Shown here: positions 55,306 through 64,000 of the stretch, one piece after another | How the letters are laid out: each line of letters begins with the position of its first letter | How positions within the stretch are numbered: the stretch's first letter is position 1 | Assembly: GCA_035512955.1 (NCBI GenBank) | Contig: DATKCZ010000002.1 | Span: forward strand, 22,242 to 86,241 | Direction: 5' to 3' | Length of the DNA stretch: 64,000 nt | DNA from: Acidimicrobiia bacterium | GTDB lineage: Bacteria > Actinomycetota > Acidimicrobiia > Spongiisociales > ZC4RG35 | Notes under the pieces: generated by a model | The model's input: the letters and a program-made list of their open reading frames with translations, nothing else | Databases searched by the model: none | What the model was told of the DNA's origin: nothing | Made by a program: the position numbers and the translations under genes

Positions 55306-57051
55306 CTAAATGCCGAACCTGGACTCTCCGATCCGCTCCGTCAGAGTGGAGACGACGTCCTCGATTGCCAGCTCGCTCTTCACCATCCCCAAGCGCTCGG
55401 TCATCTCCGCCACGCCCGTCTCCATGCTCTTGGGGCCCACCGTGACCCGATAAGGGATGCCGATGAGCTCCGAATCGGCGAATTTGACCCCGGGTCTCTC
55501 CACCCGGTCGTCGAGGAGCACCTCGACCCCTGCTGAGTCGAAATCGTCGTATAGCCGGTTGGCGACCGCCATCGTCGGCCTGTCATCGGGTCTGATCACG
55601 GTGATCACCACCGCGTACGGGGCCACCGAGACTGGCCAGACGATCCCGTTGTCGTCATGGCTGGCCTCGACCACCGCGGCCATCCCCCGTTCCAGCCCTA
55701 TGCCGTAGGACCCCATGATGATGGGATGGCTGTTCCCTTGCTCATCCTGGACATAGGCCCCGAATGCCTCGGAGAACTTGGTGCCCAGCTTGAAGATGTG
55801 GCCGACCTCGATGCCTTTCCACAGCTCGAGGGGGCCACCGTCCCGGACACACACCTCGCCGGAGGTCACCGCACGCAGGTCGGCCCACAAGGTCACCGTG
55901 AGGTCACGGGCGACGTCGACACCCGAGTAGTGCCAGTCGTCCTCATTGGCGCCCGTGGTCATGTTGACCCGGCCCTGCAGCGCCGGATCGGCGATGACCC
56001 TCATGTTCTCCATCCCGACGGCACCGAGGCTCCCGGCATCGGCACCGAGCAACTCGCGTATCTCCTCGGCCTGGGCCGGGCGCACCTCGGCTGCTGCGGT
56101 GGCGTCGATCAGCTTCTGTTCCTGGAGACCGTGATCGCCTCGCAACAGGGCCAGCACCATCTCGTCGTCGACCGAGTACACCAGTGTCTTGATCTGGCTG
56201 GTAGGGCCGGCAACGTCGGGATGTGCCTCGGCCAGCGCCTGGATTGTGCGCAGCCCCGGTGTGGGGAATCGCTCCAGCTCGTTGGGCTCGCCATCGTCGA
56301 CAGGCTCCAGACGCGAGGTCGCCTTCTCCACATTCGCCCGGTAGTCACAGGTGCCACAGGTGACGATCCAGTCCTCACCGGCGTCGCTGCGCACCATGAA
56401 CTCCTTCGAGACCGTCCCCCCCATGGCCCCCGATGAAGCCTCGACATCGACGGCGTCGAGGCCCATCCGGGCGAATATCCGCTTGTAGGCGTGATAGTGC
56501 TTGTCGAACCCGGTGTCGAGCCCTGGTGCGTCGATGTCGAGGGTGTAGGAGTCCTTCATGGTGAACTCCCTCACCCGGAGCAGACCCGACTTGGGACGGG
56601 GCTCGTCGCGGAACTTGGTGTGCATCTGGTACCAGATCTGGGGGAGGTCGCGGTAGGAGAAGAGCTCGGTCGCCAGCATGGCGAAGATCTCCTCTTCGGT
56701 CATGCCGAGGACGAGATCGGCCCCTTTGCGGTCCTGGAGCTTGAACAGGCTGTCACCCATCAGCTCGTACCGGTCCGACTTCCTCCAGATCTCGGCGGGG
56801 TGCAGCGTGGGGAGCACCATCTCCTGGCCGCCGATGGCGTCGATCTCCTCACGGATGATCGCGGCGATCTTGAGCCGGACCCTCTGCCCCAGCGGAAGGA
56901 CGGTGTACGAGCCTGCAGCCAGCTGGCGAATGAACCCGCCCCGGACCAGCAGCTTGTGACTCACCGCCTCGGCATCGGCGGGAGCATTGCGGAGAGTGGG
57001 GATGAAGACCTGTGACCAGCGCATTGGGACGGGGACGGTAGTCACCGCCAC
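55306..57051 (-). CDS. proS: Proline--tRNA ligase (bacterial type with INS editing domain)
   Basis: 581 aa. FIRQLAAGSYTVLPLG, YQMHTKFRDEPRPKSGLLRVREF, and a C-terminal anticodon-binding domain. Confidence 0.93.
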   Translation of the reverse strand: MAVTTVPVPMRWSQVFIPTLRNAPADAEAVSHKLLVRGGFIRQLAAGSYTVLPLGQRVRLKIAAIIREEIDAIGGQEMVLPTLHPAEIWRKSDRYELMGDSLFKLQDRKGADLVLGMTEEEIFAMLATELFSYRDLPQIWYQMHTKFRDEPRPKSGLLRVREFTMKDSYTLDIDAPGLDTGFDKHYHAYKRIFARMGLDAVDVEASSGAMGGTVSKEFMVRSDAGEDWIVTCGTCDYRANVEKATSRLEPVDDGEPNELERFPTPGLRTIQALAEAHPDVAGPTSQIKTLVYSVDDEMVLALLRGDHGLQEQKLIDATAAAEVRPAQAEEIRELLGADAGSLGAVGMENMRVIADPALQGRVNMTTGANEDDWHYSGVDVARDLTVTLWADLRAVTSGEVCVRDGGPLELWKGIEVGHIFKLGTKFSEAFGAYVQDEQGNSHPIIMGSYGIGLERGMAAVVEASHDDNGIVWPVSVAPYAVVITVIRPDDRPTMAVANRLYDDFDSAGVEVLLDDRVERPGVKFADSELIGIPYRVTVGPKSMETGVAEMTERLGMVKSELAIEDVVSTLTERIGESRFGI

Positions 57052-57143
57052 GTCGGGAGATGGAGTGTTGGGCCAGGGCCAGCACCAACCAATCCCTGAT
57101 CTTGAGTGTCAGCGCCCGCCAAGAGCGGGGCTAGCTTGAAGGG

Positions 57144-57590
57144 GTGCGACGGCTGCTCAAATGCACGGCATCGCTCGTCCTCGGGCTGACAGTCGCCGCT
57201 TGTGGACAGGTCGAACCGATCCTGATGCCCGTCAGCATGCCGGAGTGCATCTATGGGGGTCCCTCGTCGATGAAGGAAGGCACCGCCCGTCTGAGCCTGA
57301 GCCTGAACGGGTTGGGCGAAGCCGGAGTCGCCCTGGTCCGACTCAGCGGGGACAAGACCTACGACGACCTCGTCGAGCACCTGGGCTCGTTGAGCGGCGC
57401 CTGGGATCGGCCACCCGATTGGGTCACGACCGAGATGGAGTTGAGCCTCGACGATGGCCAGGGCCTCGACGGGGTCGAGGAGACCAGGAGTCTCGACGAG
57501 GGAGACTACGCCATCGTGTGCTTCGGGTATCCGGACGGAGCCGACGCGGAGGTGAGCCCGGCCGCCTCCCTCGAGGTCAGCGGCGACTAA
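57144..57590 (+). CDS. Small lipoprotein, function unknown
   Basis: GTG start. Signal MRRLLKCTASLVLGLTVAAC with a lipobox. I recognise no motif. Confidence 0.55.
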   Translation: MRRLLKCTASLVLGLTVAACGQVEPILMPVSMPECIYGGPSSMKEGTARLSLSLNGLGEAGVALVRLSGDKTYDDLVEHLGSLSGAWDRPPDWVTTEMELSLDDGQGLDGVEETRSLDEGDYAIVCFGYPDGADAEVSPAASLEVSGD

Positions 57591-58798
57591 TTGCCTCCCG
57601 CCACCTCTGCCACCTTTGCCCGGCGCTCCTCCGAGCGGTTGGCGTCTCCCCGGATCTCGATCAACTGGCGTCGCTCCGCGGCGGCGATCTCTTCGGCGTT
57701 GGCCTCGGCGTGGGCCAGACGCGACTCCAGCCCCTCCTCGACCAGCTTTCTGGCCTCGTCGAGCAGTGCGTCGACCATCTCGGCCTCGGGGACCACCCGC
57801 ACCACCTGGCCCTTGATGAACAGGTGCCCTCTCCCCCGGCCCGCCGCGATCCCTATGTCGGCTTCCCGGGCCTCACCAGGTCCGTTGACCACACAGCCCA
57901 TCACCGCCACCTGAATGGGCAAGTTGGCCTCCTCGAGGGCCCGCTGGGCCCGGGTGGCCACCTCGATGACGTCGACCTCGGCCCGGCCACAGGAGGGACA
58001 GGCGATGAGATCGAGGCCTTTGCGCTCGCGCAGCCCGAGAAACTCCAGGAGCTGACGTCCCGCCTTGGCCTCTTCCACCGGGTCGGCGGTCAGGGAGAAA
58101 CGGATGGTGTCTCCGATCCCTTCATTGAGGAGGGTCGCGATACCCGCCACCGACTTGATCAGACCCGAAGGCGGCGGACCGGCCTCGGTCACCCCGAGAT
58201 GGAGCGGATAGTCCACCGTGTCGGCGAGCAGCCGGTAGGAGTCGACCATCTGGCGAACATTGGAGTGCTTGACCGAGATCTTGATGTCGGTGAAGTCGAC
58301 GTCCTCGAGATAGCGGATCTCGATCCTCGCCGACTCGACCAAGGCCTCGGGCACAGCCGACCCGTACTTCTCCATGAGGTTCTTGTCGAGAGAACCTGCG
58401 TTCACCCCGATCCGGATGGGCAGGCCCCGGTCCTTGGCCTCGCGGGCGACGGTCTTGATCTGGTCTTCCTTGCGGATGTTGCCCGGGTTGAGACGAAGCC
58501 CCTGGACACCTGCCTCCATGGCGGCCAGGGCCAGCCGGTATTGGTAGTGGATGTCGGCGATGATGGGAACGGGACTGCGGGGGACGATCTCGGCGAGGCC
58601 CTGAGCCGCCTCCACCTCGTTGCAGGTGATGCGGACGATGTCGGCCCCGGCGCCGGCGAGGGCGTAGACCTGGGCCAGGGTTCCATCGACGTCGGCGGTC
58701 TTGGTGGTGGTCATCGACTGGACGCTGATCGGTGCGTCCCCACCGACGGCGACGTCACCGACATGGAGCTGGCGGGTTTTCCGTCTCTCGAAGCTCAC
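57587..58798 (-). CDS. ispG: 4-hydroxy-3-methylbut-2-en-1-yl diphosphate synthase
   Basis: RKTRQLHVGDVAVGGDAPISVQSMTTT and the Fe-S cysteines CPSCGR and GCVVNGPGE. Confidence 0.93.
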   Translation of the reverse strand: MSFERRKTRQLHVGDVAVGGDAPISVQSMTTTKTADVDGTLAQVYALAGAGADIVRITCNEVEAAQGLAEIVPRSPVPIIADIHYQYRLALAAMEAGVQGLRLNPGNIRKEDQIKTVAREAKDRGLPIRIGVNAGSLDKNLMEKYGSAVPEALVESARIEIRYLEDVDFTDIKISVKHSNVRQMVDSYRLLADTVDYPLHLGVTEAGPPPSGLIKSVAGIATLLNEGIGDTIRFSLTADPVEEAKAGRQLLEFLGLRERKGLDLIACPSCGRAEVDVIEVATRAQRALEEANLPIQVAVMGCVVNGPGEAREADIGIAAGRGRGHLFIKGQVVRVVPEAEMVDALLDEARKLVEEGLESRLAHAEANAEEIAAAERRQLIEIRGDANRSEERRAKVAEVAGGN

Positions 58799-58822
58799 GG
58801 TGTCAACCGTAGAGACGTCGGT

Positions 58823-59902
58823 CTAGCCAAAGCTGATCGGATCGACGATGTCGAGGATGATGGCCACGAACCCGAGAAAGAACAATGTCCCGATCACCGC
58901 GGCCGCCACGGGCATCAGCTTTCGGATGTTGGCCTGACGTCCGCTGATCTTCTCATAGAGGGCGACGGCGAAGTGGCCTCCGTCGAGGGGGAAAAGGGGA
59001 AGTAGGTTGATAGTGGCCAGGATGACGTTGATGTAGGCCAGGATGCCGAAGAACCCGGCGGCACTCTCCGCCTGTGTCCCGATGGAGACGATGCCGATCG
59101 GGCTCACAGGCCGTATCTCGTCGGGCACGTCGGTGTCACCACCGAGGACACCGAAGTACTGGGCCAGGCTGGAAGGTCGGAACATCTGGTACAGCGAGTA
59201 GAAGGTGTCCTCGATCCCGCCCCAGACCGCCTGCCCGCCGAGCCCCACACTCTCGAAGGGGCCCACCGGCACGTTCTCGATCTGTGGGGAGATCCCGAGG
59301 TAGCCGGAGCCGGGGATGGACGGGCTCTCGATGAGCTCGACGTCGAGATGGGTGGGAGCGCCGCCTCTGATCACCGTCAGCGTGGTTGGCCCGGGCCCCT
59401 CGCGGAGCACTGCCGTCGCCTCGTCCCATGTGGACACCGGCCGGTCACCGATGGCGATTATCTGATCGCCCTCCATGAGGCCGGCGGCCGCCGCCGGTGA
59501 GTCGTCGACCACGGTGTTGATCACCGGGACCGGCTCGTTCAGACCATTGGCGACGAACAGCCACCAGAACATGACGAAGGCGATGAGGAAGTTCATCCCG
59601 ACACCGGCGAGGACCACCACTGACTTCTCCCAGAACTTCTTCTCCCGATAGGTGCGTCCGATGTCCTCGGGGGCCACCTCCTCGAGCGGGTTCATCCCGA
59701 TGATGCGCACATAGCCACCGAGGGGGAGCGCCTTGAAGCCGTACTCGGTCTCACCCTTCCGGGTCGACCACAGTTTGGGTCCGAAACCGAAGAAGAACTC
59801 GGTGGCCTTCATCCCGGTCGCCTTGGCCGCGAGGAAGTGCCCCGCCTCGTGAGCGGTGACGAAAACCAGGATGGCGATGGCTGCGGCGATACCCCCGAGC
59901 AT
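58823..59902 (-). CDS. M50 site-2 (RIP) zinc metalloprotease with PDZ domain
   Basis: HEAGHFLAAK (HExxH), a PDZ segment, and NLLPLFPLDGGH. Confidence 0.9.
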   Translation of the reverse strand: MLGGIAAAIAILVFVTAHEAGHFLAAKATGMKATEFFFGFGPKLWSTRKGETEYGFKALPLGGYVRIIGMNPLEEVAPEDIGRTYREKKFWEKSVVVLAGVGMNFLIAFVMFWWLFVANGLNEPVPVINTVVDDSPAAAAGLMEGDQIIAIGDRPVSTWDEATAVLREGPGPTTLTVIRGGAPTHLDVELIESPSIPGSGYLGISPQIENVPVGPFESVGLGGQAVWGGIEDTFYSLYQMFRPSSLAQYFGVLGGDTDVPDEIRPVSPIGIVSIGTQAESAAGFFGILAYINVILATINLLPLFPLDGGHFAVALYEKISGRQANIRKLMPVAAAVIGTLFFLGFVAIILDIVDPISFG

Positions 59903-59932
59903 GTCGAAAGGTTACCCCCGGTGGGCTCTCTA

Positions 59933-61078
59933 TCAGCAGACGCCCGCGATCAACGAGGCGGCGACCGAGCGCGCCTCGGAGTCCACCGCGACCACCTCGT
60001 CCACCGTGGTCAGCTCGCGCCACTCGACCTCTTCGATGGCCCTCGCCACCACATCGGATATGCCGAGGAACCCCAGCCTGCCCTGGAGGAACGCCTCCAC
60101 GGCGATCTCGTCGGCGGCGTTCATCACCGCAGGAGCCGAACCACCGGCTTGCCCTGCCCGGTAGGCGATGTCGATCGCCGGGAAGACCTCTCGGTCGACC
60201 GCTTCGAAGGTGAGGCTCTGGCCGGTGAGGGTGAATCTGTCACCCGGCATCGGGAGCCGGGCGGGCGCGGTCAGCGCATATTGGATCGGGACCCTCATGT
60301 CCGGGTAGCCGAGATGCCCTTTCCAGGAGCCGTCGACGAACTCGACAGCGGAGTGGAGCACCGACTGAGGGTGGACGACCACCTCGATGCGGTGATAGGC
60401 CACGCCAAAGAGGTAATGGGCCTCGATGATCTCCAGGCCTTTGTTGAACATCGTGGCCGAGTCGATGGTGATCCGGGGGCCCATGTCCCAGGTGGGGTGT
60501 TGTAATGCCTCGGAGGGGGTCACTTCGGCGAGCGAGTCCCGGGACCGCCCCCGGAAGGGCCCTCCCGAAGCGGTCAGGATGAGACGGGCGACCGATTCCG
60601 CGGGCTCACCCGCGAGACACTGGAACAACGCCGAGTGCTCGCTGTCGACCGGGAGCAGCTCGCCACCTCCGGTCTGCAGCGCCTTGGTCACCACCGGCCC
60701 ACCGGCGACGAGACTCTCCTTGTTCGCCAGGGCGACCCGGTTCCCCGCCTCGAGGGCTGCAACGGTCGCCCGCAACCCGGCGGCGCCGACGATGCCGTTG
60801 ACCACGACACGACCTGGCTCCGCGGCCGCCTGTTGGATCGGACCGGCACCATGCTCGACCGCACGTCCCAAGTCGGCGGTCAACCGATCGCGCTCATCGG
60901 ACGAGCCACCGGCGACGATTACCCTGGCGTCGGGATAACGGCGGGCGAGGGCCGCCAACTCGTCGGATGGTCCCCGGGCGGCGAGCACCGCCACTTCGAT
61001 GTCGAGATTGTCGGCCACCTCGAGGCATTGGGTGCCAATCGAGCCGGTCGCCCCGAGGACGACCAAGGGGCGGGTCAC
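59933..61078 (-). CDS. dxr: 1-deoxy-D-xylulose 5-phosphate reductoisomerase
   Basis: LVVLGATGSIGTQ, ALANKESLV and PVDSEHSA. GTG 61078 gives a GTGA overlap with the cdsA stop. The track ORF (to 61996) is an out-of-frame run over cdsA. Confidence 0.92.
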   Translation of the reverse strand: MTRPLVVLGATGSIGTQCLEVADNLDIEVAVLAARGPSDELAALARRYPDARVIVAGGSSDERDRLTADLGRAVEHGAGPIQQAAAEPGRVVVNGIVGAAGLRATVAALEAGNRVALANKESLVAGGPVVTKALQTGGGELLPVDSEHSALFQCLAGEPAESVARLILTASGGPFRGRSRDSLAEVTPSEALQHPTWDMGPRITIDSATMFNKGLEIIEAHYLFGVAYHRIEVVVHPQSVLHSAVEFVDGSWKGHLGYPDMRVPIQYALTAPARLPMPGDRFTLTGQSLTFEAVDREVFPAIDIAYRAGQAGGSAPAVMNAADEIAVEAFLQGRLGFLGISDVVARAIEEVEWRELTTVDEVVAVDSEARSVAASLIAGVC

Positions 61079-62238
61079 AACAGCCCGAAACCTCTGAAGA
61101 GGACGTAGATGGCGGGCACGGCGAACAAGAACCCGTCGATCCTGTCGAGCATCCCACCGTGGCCGGGAAGCACCGAGCCCATGTCCTTGACATCCAGCGC
61201 CCGCTTGACCATCGACTCGGCCAGGTCGCCGATGGGGGCGAGCACACCAACGAATGCCGCGGTGACCAGGGCCTTTCCGATGCCGATCGGCTCCCACGGG
61301 GGGAACACCGCGAGCACGGAGGCCACCACCCCTCCGAGGAGCAGACCTCCGATGAACCCCTCGACGGTCTTCTTGGGGGAGACCCGCGCCAGGGCACGAC
61401 GCCCGAAACCACGACCGACGAAGTAGGCGCCCACGTCGTTTCCGGCGATGACGATCACGAGGAAGAAGATGTGGGCCACAGGGTTGGGGCCGGCCGCGAT
61501 GAGGATGGCGAAGGCGAGCATCCCGACCCAGGTCATCCCGAGGACGGTGACCGCGCTGTTGGCCAATGCGTGACGACGGGTGGCGAGGGAGAAGAACAGG
61601 ATGGTCGCCGCCGACATGGCCGCCGCCCAGCCGGCGATCGCCATCGGCCCGGCGTTGTGCGCCCCCACCCCGATGAGGACCAGGCCCACCAATCCGAACA
61701 GCGCCAGGGGGCGGTATCCCCGGGTGCGGAGGGTGGCGTAGAACTCCCCCACGGAGACGATCATGAGCAGAATGACGAAGGCGGAGAACCACCAGCCCCC
61801 TAGGACGAGACTGCCCAGGAACAGCCCGAACACCACCAGGGCCGACCCGATCCGCATCGCCAGGTCGGAGCTGGCCGCCTGCTCCGCGGCCTCGTAGGAC
61901 TCTTCGGAATCCGACGCAGTGCCCGAGACGTCCCCAAAGCCCACCAGACCCGACTCCACGCCGGCCAGATTCGCCGCGACCGCCTGCAGCTCCCACTCCT
62001 CGGTCGAGGCCCGCTCCACCTCTTCGGCGAGACCCTGATACTCCTGGGTGGTCCCCTTCAGGTACTCCGCCGAAGTGAACTCCTCCGCCTCAGGGCTGTT
62101 GACCATGGCATCCCAGTTGGGGCTGCCGTCGTCGACGTCGACCTTTCCCTCGTCGTCGGTGGAGAACGGGAGCTCCTCCGCGTTCTCCTCTGTGGTCGAT
62201 CGCTTCTCTTCGCCGTTGGGCGGTTCTCTATCGGTCAT
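61075..62238 (-). CDS. cdsA: Phosphatidate cytidylyltransferase with an acidic N-terminal extension of about 125 aa
   Basis: C-terminal SMVKRALDVKDMGSVLPGHGGMLDRIDG and a multi-TM core. The N-terminus is Glu/Asp/Ser-rich. Confidence 0.88.
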   Translation of the reverse strand: MTDREPPNGEEKRSTTEENAEELPFSTDDEGKVDVDDGSPNWDAMVNSPEAEEFTSAEYLKGTTQEYQGLAEEVERASTEEWELQAVAANLAGVESGLVGFGDVSGTASDSEESYEAAEQAASSDLAMRIGSALVVFGLFLGSLVLGGWWFSAFVILLMIVSVGEFYATLRTRGYRPLALFGLVGLVLIGVGAHNAGPMAIAGWAAAMSAATILFFSLATRRHALANSAVTVLGMTWVGMLAFAILIAAGPNPVAHIFFLVIVIAGNDVGAYFVGRGFGRRALARVSPKKTVEGFIGGLLLGGVVASVLAVFPPWEPIGIGKALVTAAFVGVLAPIGDLAESMVKRALDVKDMGSVLPGHGGMLDRIDGFLFAVPAIYVLFRGFGLL

Positions 62239-62790
62239 TCAAACCTCGAGGAGCTCTTCCTCTTTGTTGCCGAGCAGTTGGTCGATTCGTTCCACGAAAC
62301 GATCGGTCAGCCTCTGCAACTCGTCCTCACCGCGTCGGATGTCGTCATCGGAGATTTCCCCGTGCAACGCCTCCATGTCGGCTTTGGCGGCCCGGCGGAC
62401 ATTGCGCACCGCGACTCTGCCCTCCTCGGCCATGTGTCTAACCACCCGGATCAGCTCCTTGCGCCGCTCCTCGGTGAGCGGGGGGAACGCAATCCGCACC
62501 ACCGTGCCGTCGCTGCTCGGATTGAGACCGAGATCGGATTGCTGCAGGGCACGCTCGATGTCCGACACGGTGCTCTTGTCGAACGGCTGGACGACGAGTA
62601 GGCGTGGCTCGGGAACGGCGATCGAGGCGAGCTGCTGAAGCGGGGTGGGCGAGCCGTAGTACTCGACGGTGATGCGCTGGAGGAGCTGGGGGTTGGCCCT
62701 GCCGGTGCGGACCGTGGCGAACTCCGAGGCCACGTGGTCCACCGCCCCCTCCATCTTGTCCTCGGCCTCGGTCAACAGATCACTGATCAT
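62239..62790 (-). CDS. frr: Ribosome recycling factor
   Basis: RTGRANPQLLQRITVEYYGSPTPLQQLA and the conserved position after pyrH. Confidence 0.95.
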   Translation of the reverse strand: MISDLLTEAEDKMEGAVDHVASEFATVRTGRANPQLLQRITVEYYGSPTPLQQLASIAVPEPRLLVVQPFDKSTVSDIERALQQSDLGLNPSSDGTVVRIAFPPLTEERRKELIRVVRHMAEEGRVAVRNVRRAAKADMEALHGEISDDDIRRGEDELQRLTDRFVERIDQLLGNKEEELLEV

Positions 62791-62799
62791 TCGGGCTCC

Positions 62800-63552
62800 T
62801 CAGTGGACGACGGTGCCGATTCGGTCGCCCTGAACCGCCTTGACAATGTTCCCGGGGACGGTCATGTCGAAAACATGGATGGGCACCTCGTGCTCTTTGC
62901 ACATCGTAACTGCGGTGGTGTCCATGACCTGGAGCTCCTGGGAGATGAAGTCCATATAAGAGAGCTCGCTGATCTTGTTGGCGTTGTGGTTGATCGCCGG
63001 GTCGGAGTCATAGATGCCGTCGACCCGGGAGGCCTTGAGCAAGGCATCTGCGCCGACCTCGATCGCTCGCAGCGCTGCGGTGGTGTCGGTGGTGAAGAAC
63101 GGGTTGCCGGTGCCGGCGGCGAAGATGACCACCCGGCCCTTCTCCAGGTGTCGGATAGCCCGCAGCCTGATGTAGGGCTCGGCCAGCTCCTGCATGGTGA
63201 TCGCGCTCTGCACCCTTGTGGTGACGCCGACGTTCTCCAAGGCGTCGCGTAGCGCCAGGGCGTTGATCACCGTGGCCAGCATCCCCATGTAGTCGGCATT
63301 GGCGGGGTCCATGCCCTTGGCTGCCTGGGAGACACCTCTGAAGATGTTCCCCCCTCCGACGACCACGGCCACCTCGACACCGTTCCTCTGGGCCTCGCCG
63401 ATCTCCTCTGCCACCCGGTGGACGGTGATCGGGTCGATGCCGTAGCCGACCTTGGGGTCCGCGAAGGCCTCCCCCGAGAGCTTGAGGAGGACCCGTCGGT
63501 TCCGCTTGTTGGATTCGCGGGGTGTCAGCGCCCCGTCGTCTGTGTTGGTCAC
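62800..63552 (-). CDS. pyrH: UMP kinase
   Basis: [21 protein letters not shown], and [14 protein letters not shown]. Confidence 0.95.
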   Translation of the reverse strand: MTNTDDGALTPRESNKRNRRVLLKLSGEAFADPKVGYGIDPITVHRVAEEIGEAQRNGVEVAVVVGGGNIFRGVSQAAKGMDPANADYMGMLATVINALALRDALENVGVTTRVQSAITMQELAEPYIRLRAIRHLEKGRVVIFAAGTGNPFFTTDTTAALRAIEVGADALLKASRVDGIYDSDPAINHNANKISELSYMDFISQELQVMDTTAVTMCKEHEVPIHVFDMTVPGNIVKAVQGDRIGTVVH

Positions 63553-63561
63553 GTCCGTCTC

Positions 63562-64000
63562 CTAGGCGCCCACGGCGAGTCGCGCCACCCGCCGCACCGA
63601 GATGTTCTCACCCATCTTGGAGGCGAGGGCGCCGACCATATCGCCGACGGTCCCGTCGAAGCGCTCCGGGTTGACGAATTTCTGGTCGTAGAGGACGTTC
63701 TCTGCATACCAGGCCTCGATCTTGCCCTCGACGATCTTGTCGACGACGTCGTCGGGCTTGCCCTCGGCGGCGGCCTGCCGGGCGATCAGGTCCTTCTCCT
63801 TGGCCAGCGCCGCCTCGTCGACCTCGTCACGGTTGACCCACTCCGGGCTCCACCAGCTGACGTGGAGGGCGATGTCGTCGGCCGCCCTGCGGAACTCCTC
63901 GCTCTTGGCCACGAAGTCGGTCTCACAGGCCAGCTCGACCAGGACACCGATCACCGGCCGATCGTTCTGGACGTGGATGTAGCTGCCGATGGCCCCCTCG
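63562..64000 (-). CDS. tsf: Elongation factor Ts (C-terminal part; 5' end outside window)
   Basis: VLVELACETDFVAKSEEF and KIVEGKIEAWYAENVLYDQKFV. The frame stays open to the window edge. Confidence 0.9.
   Translation of the reverse strand, partial: EGAIGSYIHVQNDRPVIGVLVELACETDFVAKSEEFRRAADDIALHVSWWSPEWVNRDEVDEAALAKEKDLIARQAAAEGKPDDVVDKIVEGKIEAWYAENVLYDQKFVNPERFDGTVGDMVGALASKMGENISVRRVARLAVGA

Noticed and set aside
57161-59005. 614-aa plus-strand ORF antisense to ispG and the rip protease
   Set aside because: This is the same kind of high-GC antisense artefact. Its 5' part is an alternative frame of the lipoprotein gene, and it has no recognisable domain.
61079-61996. Upstream extension of the dxr ORF (687 aa in the track), which overlaps cdsA
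   Set aside because: The extension is Arg/Gly/Pro-rich nonsense in a different frame of cdsA. Dxr homology begins at VTRPLVVLGATGSIG, where a GTG (61078) overlaps the cdsA stop.

Overview
This is a gene-dense, visibly high-G+C bacterial chromosome segment. It has actinobacterial hallmarks: two TCGAAC-N4-GTTCGA LexA boxes, an ImuA'-ImuB plus DnaE2 mutasome, an F420-type PPOX enzyme, and the classical tsf-pyrH-frr-cdsA-dxr-rip-ispG / proS / rimP-nusA-infB-rbfA-nrnA-truB-ribF / rpsO / pnp synteny. I can support 57 protein-coding genes, 2 LexA operators, several hairpin terminator or leader structures, one candidate operator palindrome and one in-frame hexanucleotide repeat. I found no rRNA, tRNA, CRISPR array, transposase, integrase or phage gene. 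The region from 45.4 to 64 kb (minus strand) is core translation, isoprenoid and lipid housekeeping. The region from 0 to 45 kb mixes housekeeping genes (valS, rarA, icmF, nagA, ccmF-like) with accessory modules. The candidates for biology that is not yet understood are: (i) a translationally coupled four-gene membrane module at 15.95-23.84 kb (coiled-coil/(X-Gly)21 protein, MoxR ATPase, DUF58, 1453-aa triple-VWA protein); (ii) a stand-alone receiver, TM-HEAT protein and processive GT2 synthase at 40.2-43.7 kb; (iii) a cyclase-homology (DUF2652-like) domain fused to an SRPBCC ligand-binding domain at 30.56-31.72 kb; (iv) an AroQ-hydrolase fusion at the left edge; (v) near-universal overlap of convergent gene ends, including a 173-nt antisense dual-coding stretch; (vi) SOS promoter architecture suggesting a leaderless dnaE2 and a mis-set imuA' start. 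All family calls come from motif recognition by eye, not from database searches, so none of these can be shown to be novel from the sequence alone.
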